Origin: Centroscyllium fabricii
Lineage: Eukaryota
DNA: 64,000 nucleotides
Direction: 5' to 3'
NCBI GenBank assembly: GCA_051313645.2
Contig: JBNRSN020000008.1
Span: forward strand, 236,964,001-237,028,000
The notes beneath the pieces are model-generated. The model saw only the letters and a program-made list of their open reading frames with translations. It did not search any database and was not told the origin of the DNA. Below are positions 11,971 to 25,385 of this stretch, in pieces; the first letter of the stretch is position 1; the number at the start of each line of letters is the position of its first letter. Made by a program: the position numbers and the translations under genes.

Positions 11971-13469
11971 CCACTAGATGGGATCGAAAGGATTGTGATG
12001 ATCTCAAAAGATCCTGGGCATCCTCTCAATTCCCAGCAGTTCAGGGACCCTGTTTTGAAAACATATGTTCTACAGACAGAATCCAGTGACTCCAGCCACT
12101 TTAAGCACCAATATCCTTCTTGTATCCCAACTCTCTGCTTCATCCACTCATCACAAACTTTCAATTCCTTACTTGAACAAAAATGCATTTGTAATGGTAG
12201 GGATTTATGGTCTCCTACATTAAAATAAGGCTTGAATCTTACTTAAAAGTGTTCTAAGTAAAACTTAACTCCTTGACCCTGGCAAGAAATCTCTCTCACC
12301 AATACTAAAATCAGTGTTAGTCTAGGTTTGCAAAACTTTCCATTACTTTAACCACATTTTCACTAAAAGCCAGGTTTGCTTTGTATGCCAAGGTTAACAG
12401 CCTCATTTTACTCGTGTTATTAAAGCACACGCATCATTAATCTTATTGCTTGAGGCCAAGTGGGTTTCTGCCAACTAGGCTCATACTATAATTGAAGTAG
12501 AGATTGTGACTGACGTTTGCAGGAAAGCTCTGGTAATACTATGGGCTGTATGTTCAATCATACTTTCTTGCATGGGAATTAAAAAGTACTGGCAAGATTT
12601 GCCCACAGCTGGATCCTTCAGTGCAGGCACCAATTGTGTGAAGTACAACTGACCTACGAATTTGCTCAGTCTGCCTTTATCCGGGACCACTTATGAGCTC
12701 AGAGCAGAAGTATGAACAGCAATGGGTGCTGTATTATTGCGTAAAGAATATACACTGAATTTGATTTTCTGCAACAAGGTTGCTGACCAGTCTGATGTCT
12801 TATCAATGGGCTGACCAAATACAAGATTTCTAAAATATTATTTGCTGGTTGGATAATACAAAAAAATGGACATGAGTGGTCAATCAATTTTGTTCTAGTT
12901 AACACACACAAAAGACTCAACACAACTAATCCTCACCAAAAGCTGCCTCTTAAATACATGCAAGTTACACAAGAGCAAGTAATGCAAAATTCAAGCAAAT
13001 AATAAATTCTAGATCACGATGTAGATGAGGATGGCCATTTGGTCCACCCTAGCTCGTCCTTGCCGTCCACCCAGTCGGTTCTCAAATAATTCTAGGCTTT
13101 TGCCTCCACTGCTGTGCCTAGAAGCCTATTCCACAATTTGAAGTAGTGTTTTGTATTTACTTTAAATACTGTTTACAATACACCTCTATGAAGTCCCCTC
13201 TCATGCAACTCTTTTGAAGGCTTTTCAGTGCTCTGCTGCCAGGAATCAGTCTCACGACTGGAGCATCTCCTCTCTTCTGCATGACATATACATCTAATCT
13301 GAATAGCAAGAATTCCACTGATAAGTACTTCAGAATACCAGAATTATCTAATAAAGTTATGACATTTCAGACATACATTTTCTACAAAAATGACTCATTT
13401 TATCGTGCTGTGATCAAACACTAAAGTGCACTCTCCATTTACAGTATGTCTTTAATGAATTTCAAAGCA

Positions 13470-13819
13470 CAGTTTGAGCACCGTTAATCCAGCACGGTCG
13501 GGACCAGACCCGTGCTGGATTACTGAAAAAGCCGAACGAGTGAAGCTTTCGCGAGCGCATGCGCGGACCATTCAAAATGGCCGCTGCGAAGGCCGGCAGC
13601 CATTTTGAATAGTCTGCGCATGCGCTCGCCGAAGCATCAATCGCTCGGGGGGGCCCGGGGATGCGCAGCCAAGCGCGGCGGTCATTTCACGCATGCGCAG
13701 ACCAGTCTGTCAGTCGGGGAGAGGCCCGCAAGCGCGGCGGTCATTTCGCGCATGCGCAGACCAGTCAGCTGGAATCGTTCCGGACGACTGAAGCTAGCGG
13801 ATTACCGGTGCTCAACCTG
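13470..13819. mobile_element. MITE family 1, short variant
   Basis: CAGTTTGAGCACCGTTAATCC ... GGATTACCGGTGCTCAACCTG|TA. Confidence 0.85.
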
Positions 13820-14140
13820 TATTTCAATGAAGACTTCAAGTTCTTAAATAGTTCTGTAAACAGGCTAATTAGGCATTAATAGGTAATTACCTTGGGTGCT
13901 AAACTTAATTGGGCAAAAACAATTAAGGTATGTATATAAACAAACATTCAGAAGATGACAAAACATTGTACAAGGAAAGTTCTGCCATGTACAGAAACAA
14001 AGCAGGTAGAGTGTATCGCAGAAATGTTATTTTCAGCTAGTCCAAAAATAAATGGATACACTACACTGGGTTTCAGACAGGTACTACATATCGTATTGTT
14101 ATAGCACCAGATAGAAAATCAGTCTCGTGTCTTACATGTA

Positions 14141-15960
14141 CAGGAAACTCTTTGGTATCCGGCATCGACGGGACTGGCGTGCTGCCGGTTGATCAAAAAT
14201 TCCGGATGACAGAGGGTTATCTACCGAGGCTATTTTTAACAAAGAAAAATTAATAAATCAAGAACTGTGTATGGTGGTGGATGCTTGATTAATGACTGCC
14301 AGCAGCGCGGGAGACACTCAGTACGCCTGTAAAATGGCGGAGCAGAAGAGACGACCGGCAGCGCGGGAGAGCCAGACTCCTGTTACAGGGGGATTGAGGT
14401 GTTCAGACTCCAGACAGCGCCAAAAAGCCGAGTAGTGGCTGTTTGGAGAACTACCCCCACTGATTAACTCGGCCACCACAGGAGACTCGGACTCGGCAAC
14501 ATTGCCGGTTATTGAGGTGTTGGCTTCGTCAAAGGTAAGTCGTGCCTAACTAATCTCTTGGAATTCTTCGAAGAGGTAACAAAAAGGGTGGATGAAGGGA
14601 GTACGGTCGACGTGGTGTATATGGACTTCAGCAAGGCTTTTGATAAAGTCCCACATAGGAGACTGATAACAAAGGTAAAAGCACATGGGATACAGGGCAA
14701 CGTGGCACAGTGGATTCAAAATTGGCTGGGGGACAGGAGACAAAGGGTAATGGTAGAGGGCTGCTTCTGTGACTGGAAACCAGTAACCAGCGGTGTCCCC
14801 CAAGGATCGGTTTTGGGACCCTTACTGTTTCTAGTATACATTAACGATTTGGACACGGGAGTAGGGGGTACGATCAGCAAATTTGCTGATGATACGAAAA
14901 TTGGAAGGGTGGTAAATAACGATGAAGATAGTAAAAGGCTCCAGGAAGATATAAATGTAATGGTTAGTTGGGCAGAAAAATGGCAAATGGAGTTCAACCC
15001 AGAGAAATGCGAGGTCATACAATTCGGCAGACCAAATGGGGTAAGGGAATATACCATGAACAAAAAAACGTTAGGTAGGACCGAGGAACAGAGGGACCTT
15101 GGGGTACAGGTGCACAGCTCCCTGAAGGTTGCTGGACACGTAAACAAGGTGGTTAAGAAGGCATACGGAATTCTGGCCTTTATTAACCAGGGCATAGTGT
15201 ACAAAAGTAGGGAGGTAATGTTAAACTTGTATAACACGCTGGTGAGACCTCAGCTGGAGTACTGTGTGCAGTTCTGGTCACCGCACTTCAGGAAGGATGT
15301 GGTTGCCCTGGAGAGGGTGCAGAGAAGGTTTACCAGGATGATACCTGGTCTGGGGGACTTATGCTACGAGGAAAGGCTGGACAGGCTGGGGTTGTTTGCC
15401 TTGGAGAAGAGAAGATTGAGGGGCGACATGATCGAGGTATACAGGATCATGAGAGGACACGATAAGGTGGATAAAGGGGCATTGTTTCCCTTGGTGGGAG
15501 AGTCAAGTACCAGGGGACATAGATTCAAGATTAGGGGGGGGAGGTTTAGGGGGGAGGTAAGGAGAAATTTCTTTACTCAGAGGGTGGTGGAAGTGTGGAA
15601 CTCCCTGCCTGTAAGGGTGGTGGAGGCAGAAACCATCGCAACATTTAAAAAATATTTGGACCAGCACATGAAGGACCGTAACATACAGGGTTATGGGCCA
15701 GATGCGGGCAAATGGGGTTAGTATAGTGAGGAGTTTCCTGGGCCGGTGCGGACTGGATGGGCCGAATGGCCTTTACCCGCACTGTAAAGTTTCTATGATT
15801 CTATGATTCTATGAACTACCCCCACTGATTAACTCGGCCACCACAGGAGACTCGGACTCGGCAACATTGCTGGTTATTGAGGTGTTGTTTTCGGACGAGA
15901 ATTTTGCCGGTTAACAGAGAATTCCGGATATTTAGGTGCCGTTTAAACAAGAGTTTCCTG
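14141..15960. mobile_element. MITE family 2 (CAGGAAACTC TIRs, TA TSD) containing a CR1 insertion
   Basis: TA|CAGGAAACTCTT ... AAGAGTTTCCTG|TA; inverted homolog at 20858-21447. Confidence 0.85.
14523..15812 (+). mobile_element. Young 5'-truncated CR1 LINE with an uninterrupted RT C-terminal ORF
   Basis: ORF 14558-15721 (387 aa, no stops; DFSKAFDKVPH, GVPQGSVLGP, KFADD); (TTCTATGA)n tail; flanked by a 75-bp duplication. Confidence 0.95.
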
Positions 15961-16238
15961 TATGTTGATATAGGCTACCCAGTCGCAAATAATTTTCTAA
16001 AATGGATGAAAGATGATCAGTATTTAGCTCCTCTTCCGTCGCTCCCCCTCCACCCACAACAAATTATTCAATTGTTGTAACACATTTTGGTTCCAGAAAA
16101 AATTTGTTTATTTTCCAAATATTATTCTTGGGATGTGGGTGACACTGGCCAGGCACGACACAGATGCAATTATTGTTTATATCCAGCTACAGAGGTTTCC
16201 AGGGCAAAGTCACGGGTTAGAACTACAATCAAATAATA

Positions 16239-17056
16239 CAGGTTGAGCACCGTTAATCCGGTAACCCAAAAGCCAGCAACTTCAGTCTTCCGGGACAAAT
16301 CGCCCCGACTGCCCTGCGTATGCGCAAAATGGCCGCCGCGATCGAGGCTTCGGCGAATGACCTGCACATGCGCTCGCCGTTTGGCGGCGCATGCGCAGAT
16401 CATTCGCCGAAGCCTCGATCGCAGCGGCCATTTTGCGCATGCGCAGAGCAGTCAGGGCGAGGAGAGGACAGGCGAGAGCAGCAGAGCCCAGTCCGCCGGA
16501 AGTTTTGAATGATCGGCGCATGCGCAGATCATTCAAAACGGCCGCCGGACGAGCTGGGCCTTCCGTGACGTCAGGGCGCAGCGGCTCGCCTACCATCCCT
16601 GAAACCCAAAAACACACTTTTTTCACCTCAGCTCAATTTCTCCAATATTCTTCTCGCCAACCTTCCATGCTCCCCCCTACATAAATTTGTTGCTTGCGTC
16701 CTAATAGTTAAGGGGCAGAAGTGGGTGGTTGTGGGGTTGGTAGAGGTTACTGAGATAGGGAGGGGTGAGCCCGTGAAGAGATTTAAACACGGAGGTTAGA
16801 ATTTTAAGTGTGAGCATTGGGGAACTTGGTGCCAATGCAGGTCAGCGATGGACAAACAAGGATGCAAACAGCAGAGTTCTGGAAAAAATGATCTAATATG
16901 TTGAATGTTCGGCGGCCATTTCCAATGTTGTGCGCATGCGCGTGGCCATTTTGAATGGTGCGCGCATGCGCACTGGCAGGCTTCAGTCTGCCGGTTTTTT
17001 CGTTATACCGGCGCGGGCCTAGTCCCGCCCGTGCCGGTATAACGGTGCTCAACCTG
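16239..17056. mobile_element. MITE family 1 with a foreign internal segment (~16590-16904)
   Basis: TA|CAGGTTGAGCACCGTTAATCCGG ... CGGTATAACGGTGCTCAACCTG|TA; arms match 43315-43875 but the middle differs. Confidence 0.85.
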
Positions 17057-17584
17057 TAGTGCCATCGAGAGGTGCAAATTTAGTTGTAGGATTTCAGTTT
17101 TTGAACACCGTCTATGAAGAGTGTATCCCTCTCGTGCCATTAGAGAAATGGAATCCATCCCTGTTACTAACACTAGGGAAATATAAAAGTGGACTTAAAT
17201 CACCCATTTCACAATAAACTATGACTCCCCCAATTTTTGAAACATTAAAAAGGTGATGAAAAATACAAAGAGGTTACATGAAATAGCAATGGTAAAAAAC
17301 TGCAAGCACTGAAAATACCACACAGACCACAATAACCTTTTGCTCGAGACTCACCATAATACTGAAGTATATTACTACATCATCCAACGCCATTCAGGGT
17401 TTAGAATAAGCAGCATATTTAACATGGGATCCTGGGAGTGTACCACAACCTTCCTGCATCACTCTCCATTTACCTCTTTTCTGCTGCTGCACCAAACTGG
17501 AGGTTAATTTTTCAACACAGGCCTGCACTCACTTTGTACCATTCTTACAATTGCAGGTGAGAAATGGGAGACCCAAGCATCAGG

Positions 17585-19447
17585 TGAAAAATCAAAAACT
17601 GAATACTAGCGGGCAAAATAAAGGAAAATCCTAAGATGTTTTATAAATATATTAAGGGCAAGAGGATAACGAGGGAAAGGGTGGGGCCCATTAGGGACCA
17701 AAGTGGCAATCTCTGTAGAGCCAGAGGATGTAGGTGGGGTTTTGAATGAATTTTTTGCATCTGCGTTCACTGTGGAGAAGGGCGATGTGGACATTGAAAT
17801 AAGACAGGAGGAATGCGATACACTTGTGATCATATTAGTATTGACAGGGAGGAGGTACTAGCGGTTTTAGCAGGCTTAAAAGTGGATAAGTCTCCAGGCC
17901 CTGATGAGATGTATCCCAGGCTGCTGGGTGAGGCTAAGGAAGAGATTGCAGGGGCTCTGACACAAATTTTCAGAACCTCTCTGGCCACAGAGGATGTGCC
18001 GGAGGACTGGAAAATGGCCAATGTAGTGCCATTATTTAAGAAAGGTAGTAGGGAGAAACCAGGGAATTACAGGCCTGAAATCAGTGGTGGGGAAATTACT
18101 AGAAAGAATCCTGAGGGACAAAATTAGTCTCCACTTGGAGAGGCAAGGATTAATTAAGGATAGTCAGCATGGCTTCGTCAAGGGAAGATCATGTCTGACT
18201 AATTTGATTGAATTTTTTGAAGGGGTGACCAGGTGTGTGGATGAGGGTAGTGCAGTGGATGTGGTATACATGGATTTTAGTAAGGCTTTTGATAAGGTCC
18301 CGCATAGGAGACTGGTCAAGAAGGTAAGAGCCCATGGGATCCAGGGCACCTTGGCACAGTGGATCCAAAACTGGCTTAGTGACAGGAGGTAGAGGGTGAT
18401 GGTCGACGGTTGTTTTTGTGACTGGAAGCCTGTGTCCAGTGGGGTACCGCAGGGATCGGTGTTGGGTCCCTTGTAGTCTATATTAATGATTTAGATATTA
18501 ATGTAAAAGGCATGATCAGTAAGTTTGCAGATGATACAAAAGTTGGGGGTTGGTAAATACTGAGGAGGAAATCCGCAACATGCAGGATGACATAGATGAG
18601 ATGGTCAGATGGGCGGAACAGTGGCAAATGGAATTTAATCCTGAAAAGTGTGAGGTGATGCATTTCGGTAGGTCTAACATGGCAAGGGAATACACCATGA
18701 ATGGTAGGATGCTAGGGAAGACATTGGATCAGAGGGACCTTGGTGTGCAGGTACATAGGTCCCTGAAGGCAGCAGGACAGGTGGATAAGGTGGTTAAAAA
18801 GGCATATGGGATACTTGCCTTCATTAGCCGAGGCATGGAATATAAGAGCAGGGAGGTCATGATGGAGCTGTACAAAACGCTGGTAAGACCACAGCTGGAG
18901 TACTGTGTGCAGTTCTGATCGCCACACTATAGGAAGGATGTAATAGCTTTGAAGAGGGTGCAGAGGAGATTCACCAGGATGCTGCCTGGGCTGGGGAGCC
19001 TCAGCTATGAAGAGAGACTGGAGAGGCTGGGGTTGTTTGCCTTGGAGCAGAGGAGGCTGAGGGGGGACCTGATTGAGGTATACAAAATTATAAGGGGAAT
19101 AGATAAGGTGGATGGAGTGGAACTTTTTCCCTTGGTTGAGGGGTCAATAGCTAGGGGGCATAATTTTAGGGTAAGGGGCAGGAGGTATCGTGGGGATGAG
19201 GGAAAGCTTTTTCACCCAGAGGGTGGTTGGAGTCTGGAACTCACTGCCTGAGAGGGTGGTAGAGGCGGGAACCCTCACAACATTCAAAAAGCATTTGGAT
19301 GAGCACTTGAAATGGAATTTAATCCTGAAAAGTGTGAAGGCTACGGACCAAATGCGGGAAAATGGTAGTATAGACTGGGATTGATGGGTGGCACGGACAC
19401 GATGGGGCAAAGGGCCTCGTTCTGTGCTGTATTACTCTATGACTCGA
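17585..19447 (+). mobile_element. CR1 LINE, 5'-truncated and frameshifted
   Basis: ORFs 17813-18127, 18084-18392, 18550-18918, 18949-19251 and 19190-19384 give successive CR1 RT motifs. Confidence 0.92.
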
Positions 19448-19621
19448 TAGGAAATTAGATTGCGTAGAGGGAAGAAAACTGCAATTGGATAGAATTTACA
19501 AAGCTGTTTCGGTTCAAAGAGACTATGTTCTTTTATCTAATAAAAGGAGTCCAGCTGTGAAAATCTAGAATACACAATGTAATTACATTTTCACCATCAC
19601 ACACAGAATCCAGCTCCATTT

Positions 19622-19928
19622 GGCGGCACGGTGGCATAGTGGTTAGCACTGTTGCCTCACAGCGCCAGCGGCCCGGGTTCAAATCCAGCCTCGGGTACTA
19701 TCTGTGTGGAGTTTGCACATTCTCCCCGTGTCTGCGTGGGTTGCCTCCGGGTGCTCCGGTTTCCTCCCACAGTCCAATGATGTGCGGGTTCGGTTGATTG
19801 GCCAGGATAAATGGACCCTTAGTGTTAGGGGGATTAAATATGTGGGGTTACGGGGATGGGGTGGGATATGTGTCAGTGCAGGCTCGATGGGCCGAAATGG
19901 CCTCTATCTGCACTGTAGGGATTCTATG
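19622..19928 (+). mobile_element. HE1-type SINE
   Basis: GGCGGCACGGTGGCATAGTGGTTAGCACTG...GGTTCAAATCC head; CR1-type tail. Confidence 0.88.
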
Positions 19929-20002
19929 GTATATTTGCAGTCAAATGGAGACTCAACAGCACCTCGAAGGTTCCCTATGATCCCCTATTAACACTGCAAA
20001 TC

Positions 20003-20402
20003 GGGAATGGTGGCAAAGTGGTTGTGTTACTGGACTAGTAATCCAGAGGCCTGGTCTAATGATCCAGAGACGAGAGTTCAAATCCCACCACGGCAGCTGG
20101 GGAATTTAAGTTCAGTTAATTAAATAAATCTGGACTAAAAAGCTAGCATCGGTAATGGTGACCATGAAACTATCGGCTTGTCGTATAAACCCATCTGCTT
20201 CACGAATGCCCTTTGGGGAAGGAAATCTGCCGTCCTTACCTGGTCTGGCCAATATGTGACTCCAGACCCACAGCAATGTGGTCGATTCTTAACTGCCCTC
20301 TGAAATGATTTAGCAAGACACGCAGTTGTAAAAAAACGGCTATATTTAGGGATGGGCAATAAATGCCAGCGACGCCCACATCCCATGAACAAATTTTAAA
20401 AA
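20003..20402 (+). mobile_element. tRNA/CORE-type SINE with RTE-like tail
   Basis: tRNA head (GTGGTT...GAGTTCAAATCCC), GGAAGGAAATCTGCC body, GGGATGGGCAATAAATGC...GCCCACATCCC tail; homologous to 35888-36378. Confidence 0.7.
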
Positions 20403-20857
20403 ACTTAAAACTGTTATATGTAACAACTGACATATTTTCTTCTACAATAATTGCATCAGAGGCAATGGACAAGTTAAATTACACCGATTGCATACAAGTG
20501 TTGATTATATTTTAGGACTGTAGAGAAATGTATAGACTAGCACTGAAAAAGGTTTACTGTGTTCCTGTACAGAAAGGCTAAGGTCAGCCCGTGATGGCCA
20601 ACACAATCCAGCATTAGGGGTGGGTGGGGAGGAAGTGAGAGTTGATTTTGGTGAGACTTTGCTATCTCAAGATCAAGATGATTTTAGCTTCAAAAGCATG
20701 ATTTGCTGCTAATGGATTATGGGATTTCATTGATTCGATCAAATTGGATTATTTTTGAGTAGGAGAATGATGAAATCTTTTGTAGAATGTATTTCAATAA
20801 ACCATTTTTTTTAAACCAATGAAATGAATTGCTGTCCTCCCATCCCAGTATGATATA

Positions 20858-21447
20858 CAGGAAACTTGTTTAAACGGCACCTAAATATCCGGAATTCGCC
20901 ATTAAGTGGCAAAATTCTCATCCGAAAACAACACCTCAATAACCGGCAATGTCGCCGAGTCCGAGTGTCCTGTGGAGGCCGAGTTAATCAGTGGAGGTAG
21001 TTCTCCAAACTGCAACCACTCGGCTTTTTCGCGCTGTCTGTTGTCGGAACACCTCAATCCCCCTGTAACAGGAGTCTGACTCTCCCGCGCTGCCGGTATT
21101 CTCTTCTGATCCGCCATTTTACAGGGGTCTCCCACGCTGCTGGTAGTCATTGCATTGCATTACCCTCAACTGGCAGCACTGTACTTAATCAAGCATCTTC
21201 CACCATCCATTTAATGCAAGAAGTCACACAACACCAGATTATAGTCCAACAGTTTTATTTTAAATCACAAGCTTACGGAGCTTTTGCCCCTTCGTCAGGT
21301 GAAAGAGAGACTGACTTAAAGAACGCACATATGTGATGATGGGAGAAATCCGATATCTCCCACATCTCACCTCAGCTGAGATAGACACACAAAGGCTTAT
21401 TAACAATACGCCGGTCCCATCGGTGCCAGATACCAAAGAGTTTCCTG
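20858..21447. mobile_element. MITE family 2 containing a Penelope-type fragment (from ~21217)
   Basis: TA|CAGGAAACTTG ... AGAGTTTCCTG|TA; reverse complement of the 14141-15960 arms. Confidence 0.8.
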
Positions 21448-21729
21448 TAAAAGCAAGTTCTACTGGGAATAAAGGGGGAGAAACAACGCTAACTGGGGTG
21501 AAATTACACCGAGCAAGCTCCCGAGTACTTCACACTGAGGTAAAATCGCTCCTTCTTGGGTGCCATACAATTAGGAACCTTCTTGGGAGTCATTTGTTTT
21601 GTAATTTATAGAACATGAGCAGGATGAAAAGTATCCATGTGCATTTTTCTTGCATTTTCCAAATTAAAAAGTTGACTCTACTAATATTTTTGTGGCAATT
21701 GACTTTATAAAGCATGCCAAGTGTCACAA

Positions 21730-22210
21730 CAACAGATTGCATTTATATAGCACCTTTAACATAGTAAAATATCCCAAGGCATTTCACAGGGGTGCTATCA
21801 AATATAAATTTGACACCAAACCACAAAGATATATTAGAGCAGGTGATCAAAAGTTTGGTCAAAGAACAAACTTTTAAGGAGCGTTTTAAACGAGGAGAGG
21901 TGTAGAGAGCTTTAGGGAGGGTATTCCAGAACTGACAGTCTCGGCAGTACATCGGTCAATGGTGGGGTGATGGGAATTGGGGAGGCACAAGAGGTCAGAA
22001 TTGGAGGAGCGCAGATATCTCCGGTGGGGGGGGGGGGGGGGGGGGCCAGGCTGGAGGAGATGAGAGGGTGGGGGGGCCAGGCGGGTGGAAGTAGGGCTGG
22101 AGGGGATGAGAACAATTGGTAATGGCAAGGCCATGGGGAGATCGGAAAACCAGGAGAAGATTTTTTAAATTGAGGCGTTACAGGCCAGGAGCAAATGTAG
22201 GTCAGTAGTG
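21730..22210 (-). mobile_element. L2 LINE 3' fragment
   Basis: TTGCATTTATATAGCACCTTT tail; homologous to the plus-strand L2 piece at 32120-33778. Confidence 0.7.
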
Positions 22211-22662
22211 ATGGTCACATGAAATTTTTGTGCTTTCCTCGTGGAAAGAAAGTTTTTGTAATTAGTGAGAACATCAGTGAGCAGACTAGTATTACTAACA
22301 GTCGTGTTATTTAACAGAAGTTATTGATATTGTTAACTGTTGGAATATTGCAAATTTTAGGAACGAATAACCTTCAATGAGAGAGCCTGGAATTTTGTTA
22401 TGTTTGTACAGGCTGCACTGAAAAATTGTTCTAGTAGATTACATAGGAGTATGCTTTCATTTAAGACATTTAACACACTTTCAGCACCGCGTTTCCAGGA
22501 CCGAAGTGGTGACCGAAAGACATGGGACACTTGCAGCCATTTTCTGATTCTTGAGTTTTAAAGGGTTGGCCACACCTGGTCAATGTGAAAGGAATGTGCA
22601 TAATTTGCTATAAGCGACGTAGCGCGTGGATATCATTAAAGAAATAGTTTAGCAATGGACTA

Positions 22663-23193
22663 CAGGTTGAGCACCGTTAATCGGGCACGGGCGGGACCAG
22701 GCCCGTGCCGGGAAATGGAAAAAACCGGGAGAACGAGTTTGGGCACTGCGCATGCGCGCCAGTCAAAATGGCCGCGCGCATGCGCGCAGCATTGCGATTG
22801 GCTGGCGCGCGCATGCGCAGATCGGGCCCGGGTCCGCCGTCCCTCTCCATCGCCTTTCGGGTTGCTGCTGCCGCCGAGCCGGACTCAGGCTGACAGCTGT
22901 TGCCTAGTGACTGTCCGCCTCAGTCACGGGGCTCAGCTGTCGAGAAAATAACGGGCGGCCGTATTGAATTATCTGCGCATGCGCTAACCGTCCGGTGACG
23001 CATGCGCAGATCATTCAAAACACCCGCAGCTGTTTTGAATGATCTGCGCATGCGCTCGGCGCATGCGCAGATCATTCGCTGAAGCCACGATGGGGGCTGC
23101 CATTTTGCGCATGCGCAGTGCAGTCGGGGCAATTTGTGCCGGCAGACTGAAGCTGCCGGCTATTCGGGACACGGATTAACGGTGCTCAACCTG
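22663..23193. mobile_element. MITE family 1
   Basis: TA|CAGGTTGAGCACCGTTAATC ... GATTAACGGTGCTCAACCTG|TA; near-identical inverted copy of 4922-5451. Confidence 0.9.
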
Positions 23194-24237
23194 TATTAAC
23201 TATTAAAAAATGTTTAGCCTGAAAGGATTACTAATAAAGCTAACTGTATATGCGCAACAGGCAAGGATGGAGGGAAGTGCGGAGCTGAATGGCTGGACCA
23301 GTATGTCCCTGGTTGATTTGAGGGGCGAGGGGCAAATGATCAGTATCTCTGGACTGAGCATACAGATACACAAATATCTGTTCAGCAGCGAGCTCAACAA
23401 ATTGGAAACATTGAGGAAGTAACAAACTCTCATGTCAGTTATTTCTTTATAGTGGCATCTAGAAAATGTTAACTTTTTTTTTACTGTAAAGCAGTAGGAG
23501 GAGCACTGGAGGCCATGAGGAACAAAATGAGCGAATCATAAAATAAATGGCTGGCAGATACACATGATTCTGGGCAACACTATCAACTGTAACAGCAAAG
23601 CCTTGGTTTTCACCATAGTCAGACCCCTCGCATCCAGCTTCTGCTTTCAGATCTTGCAATAAATTGCTTCCCAATATATATTGTGCAGTTTTTTTAACTA
23701 CTAAAGCTGCTTCAATCATTGGGGAATAAACACAACTTTGTAACAGAATAATAGCTGCAAGTTAATTGGATTAGTAGATATAAACTACTGTCAGGGCCAG
23801 TTTTAAAAGACTGAATATATCAAGTGTCATCGTTAGAATTCCAGAAGTTTTAATGATGTTTCGGGGGCCTCATTCTGTATTACCATCCAATGTAGCCCCC
23901 CCACCGTAACATTTATAGTTGCCAAAAATCAGTCACATTTTGCTTTTATTACTTGGGATTTACCTGCCATTTTGGGGATTAGATTCTGCTTTTCCTCTTA
24001 TTTTGCTGCAAAACCCACAAGTAAATTGACCATCTTATGATTGGTACTATAGCATATCCCCGTGGAGGCAAATAAGTGATATTATAAACAAGTTTGTGAT
24101 GCAGCCAAAGCTGCAGTATATGGAACCTCAAGGCACTCCCTACATCAATATGCTAGCAGATTTTTTAAACTGTGGCTAGGCAAGGTAAGATTTAAGAGAA
24201 AGTAATACAACAGCAAGGTTGGCACTCGCTGTCTCAC

Positions 24238-25385
24238 ATATAGAAACATAGAAGATAGGAGCAGGAGTCGGCCATTCAGCCCTTCGAGCCTGCTCTGCCA
24301 TTCAATGAGATCATGGCTGATCTTTGGCTGAGGTCATGGCTGATCTTTCAAGTTCAGCACCCCGTCCCCGCCTTCTCTCCGTAACCCTTAATCCCGTCGG
24401 GCTCGGTGAGCCGTGGGGCCGTCGGGCTCGGAGAGCTGAGGGGCCGGGAGCTGCAAGGCCGTCGTGGCTGGAGCGCCAGGGCCTGCGTGGCCGGCACCGG
24501 GCGCATCGTGGCTGCAGCGCCTGGTGGGATGGAATGGATCAGACTGGGACCAAGGACATTTAATAATTTGGGAGATTACATGTTTGCATTTCGTTGTTTT
24601 GTGTATGTTCACTTTACAATGACAATAAATTGAATCTTATCTTATCTTATGCCTGAAGAAATATATCCAATTCCCTCTTAAATATATTTAATGAACTGGC
24701 CTCCACTGCCCTCTGTGGCAAGGAATTCCACAGGCTCACCACTCTCTCAAGTGAGAATTATATCATATTATGATCGCTCCGACCCAAGGGGCCTCGTACA
24801 ACAAGATTGCCAATTAGTCCCTTCTCATTGCACAATACCCAGTCTAAGATGGCCTGATCCCGAGTTGGTTCCTCGACATATTGGTCCAGGTAACCGTCCC
24901 GTAAACATTCTAGGAATTCAACCTCCTCAGTATTTTTACTAATTTGGCTAGTCCAATCTATATGTAAATTAAAGTCACCTATGATGACAGCTGTGCCCTT
25001 ATTGCACGCTTCTCTAATTTCCCTTTTTATGCCTTCCCCCACCTCCATATCACTGTTTGGAGGCCTATACACCACTCCCACTAAAGTTTTCCGCCCCTTG
25101 CTATTTCTCAGTTCTACCCATATAGATTCTGTATCATCCGAGTTAATATCCTTCCTTTCAATTGCGTTAATCCCTTCTTTCACCAGCAATGCTACCCCAC
25201 CTCCCTTTCTTTTTTGCCGATCGTTCCTAAATATTGTATACCCCTGGATGTTAAGTTCCCAGCCTTGGCCCCCCCTGCAGCCATGTTTCTGTAATCCCAA
25301 TCAAATCATATTCGTTTACCTCTATTTCCACAGCTAATTCATCTACCTTGTTCCTAATGCTTTTTGCATTAAGATACAAAGATAT
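24238..25385 (-). mobile_element. Internally deleted CR1 (endonuclease region joined to the 3' tail)
   Basis: ORFs 25251-25451 (YLNAKSIRNK, ITETWL) and 24758-25300 (GGGVAL, YRPP, GDFN, SDHN) abut the CR1 C-terminus/3'UTR at ~24750. Confidence 0.8.
24396..24650 (+). mobile_element. Short non-autonomous element with a Rex1-like tail
   Basis: GC-rich body then CAATGACAATAAATTGAA(TCTTA)n; inserted into a CR1 tail. Confidence 0.55.

Noticed and set aside
19622-19695. tRNA genes in SINE heads (several copies)
   Set aside because: No complete cloverleaf; each continues into SINE body and tail
23203-23719. Short ORFs in unique-looking intronic DNA
   Set aside because: No family motifs or convincing splice signals
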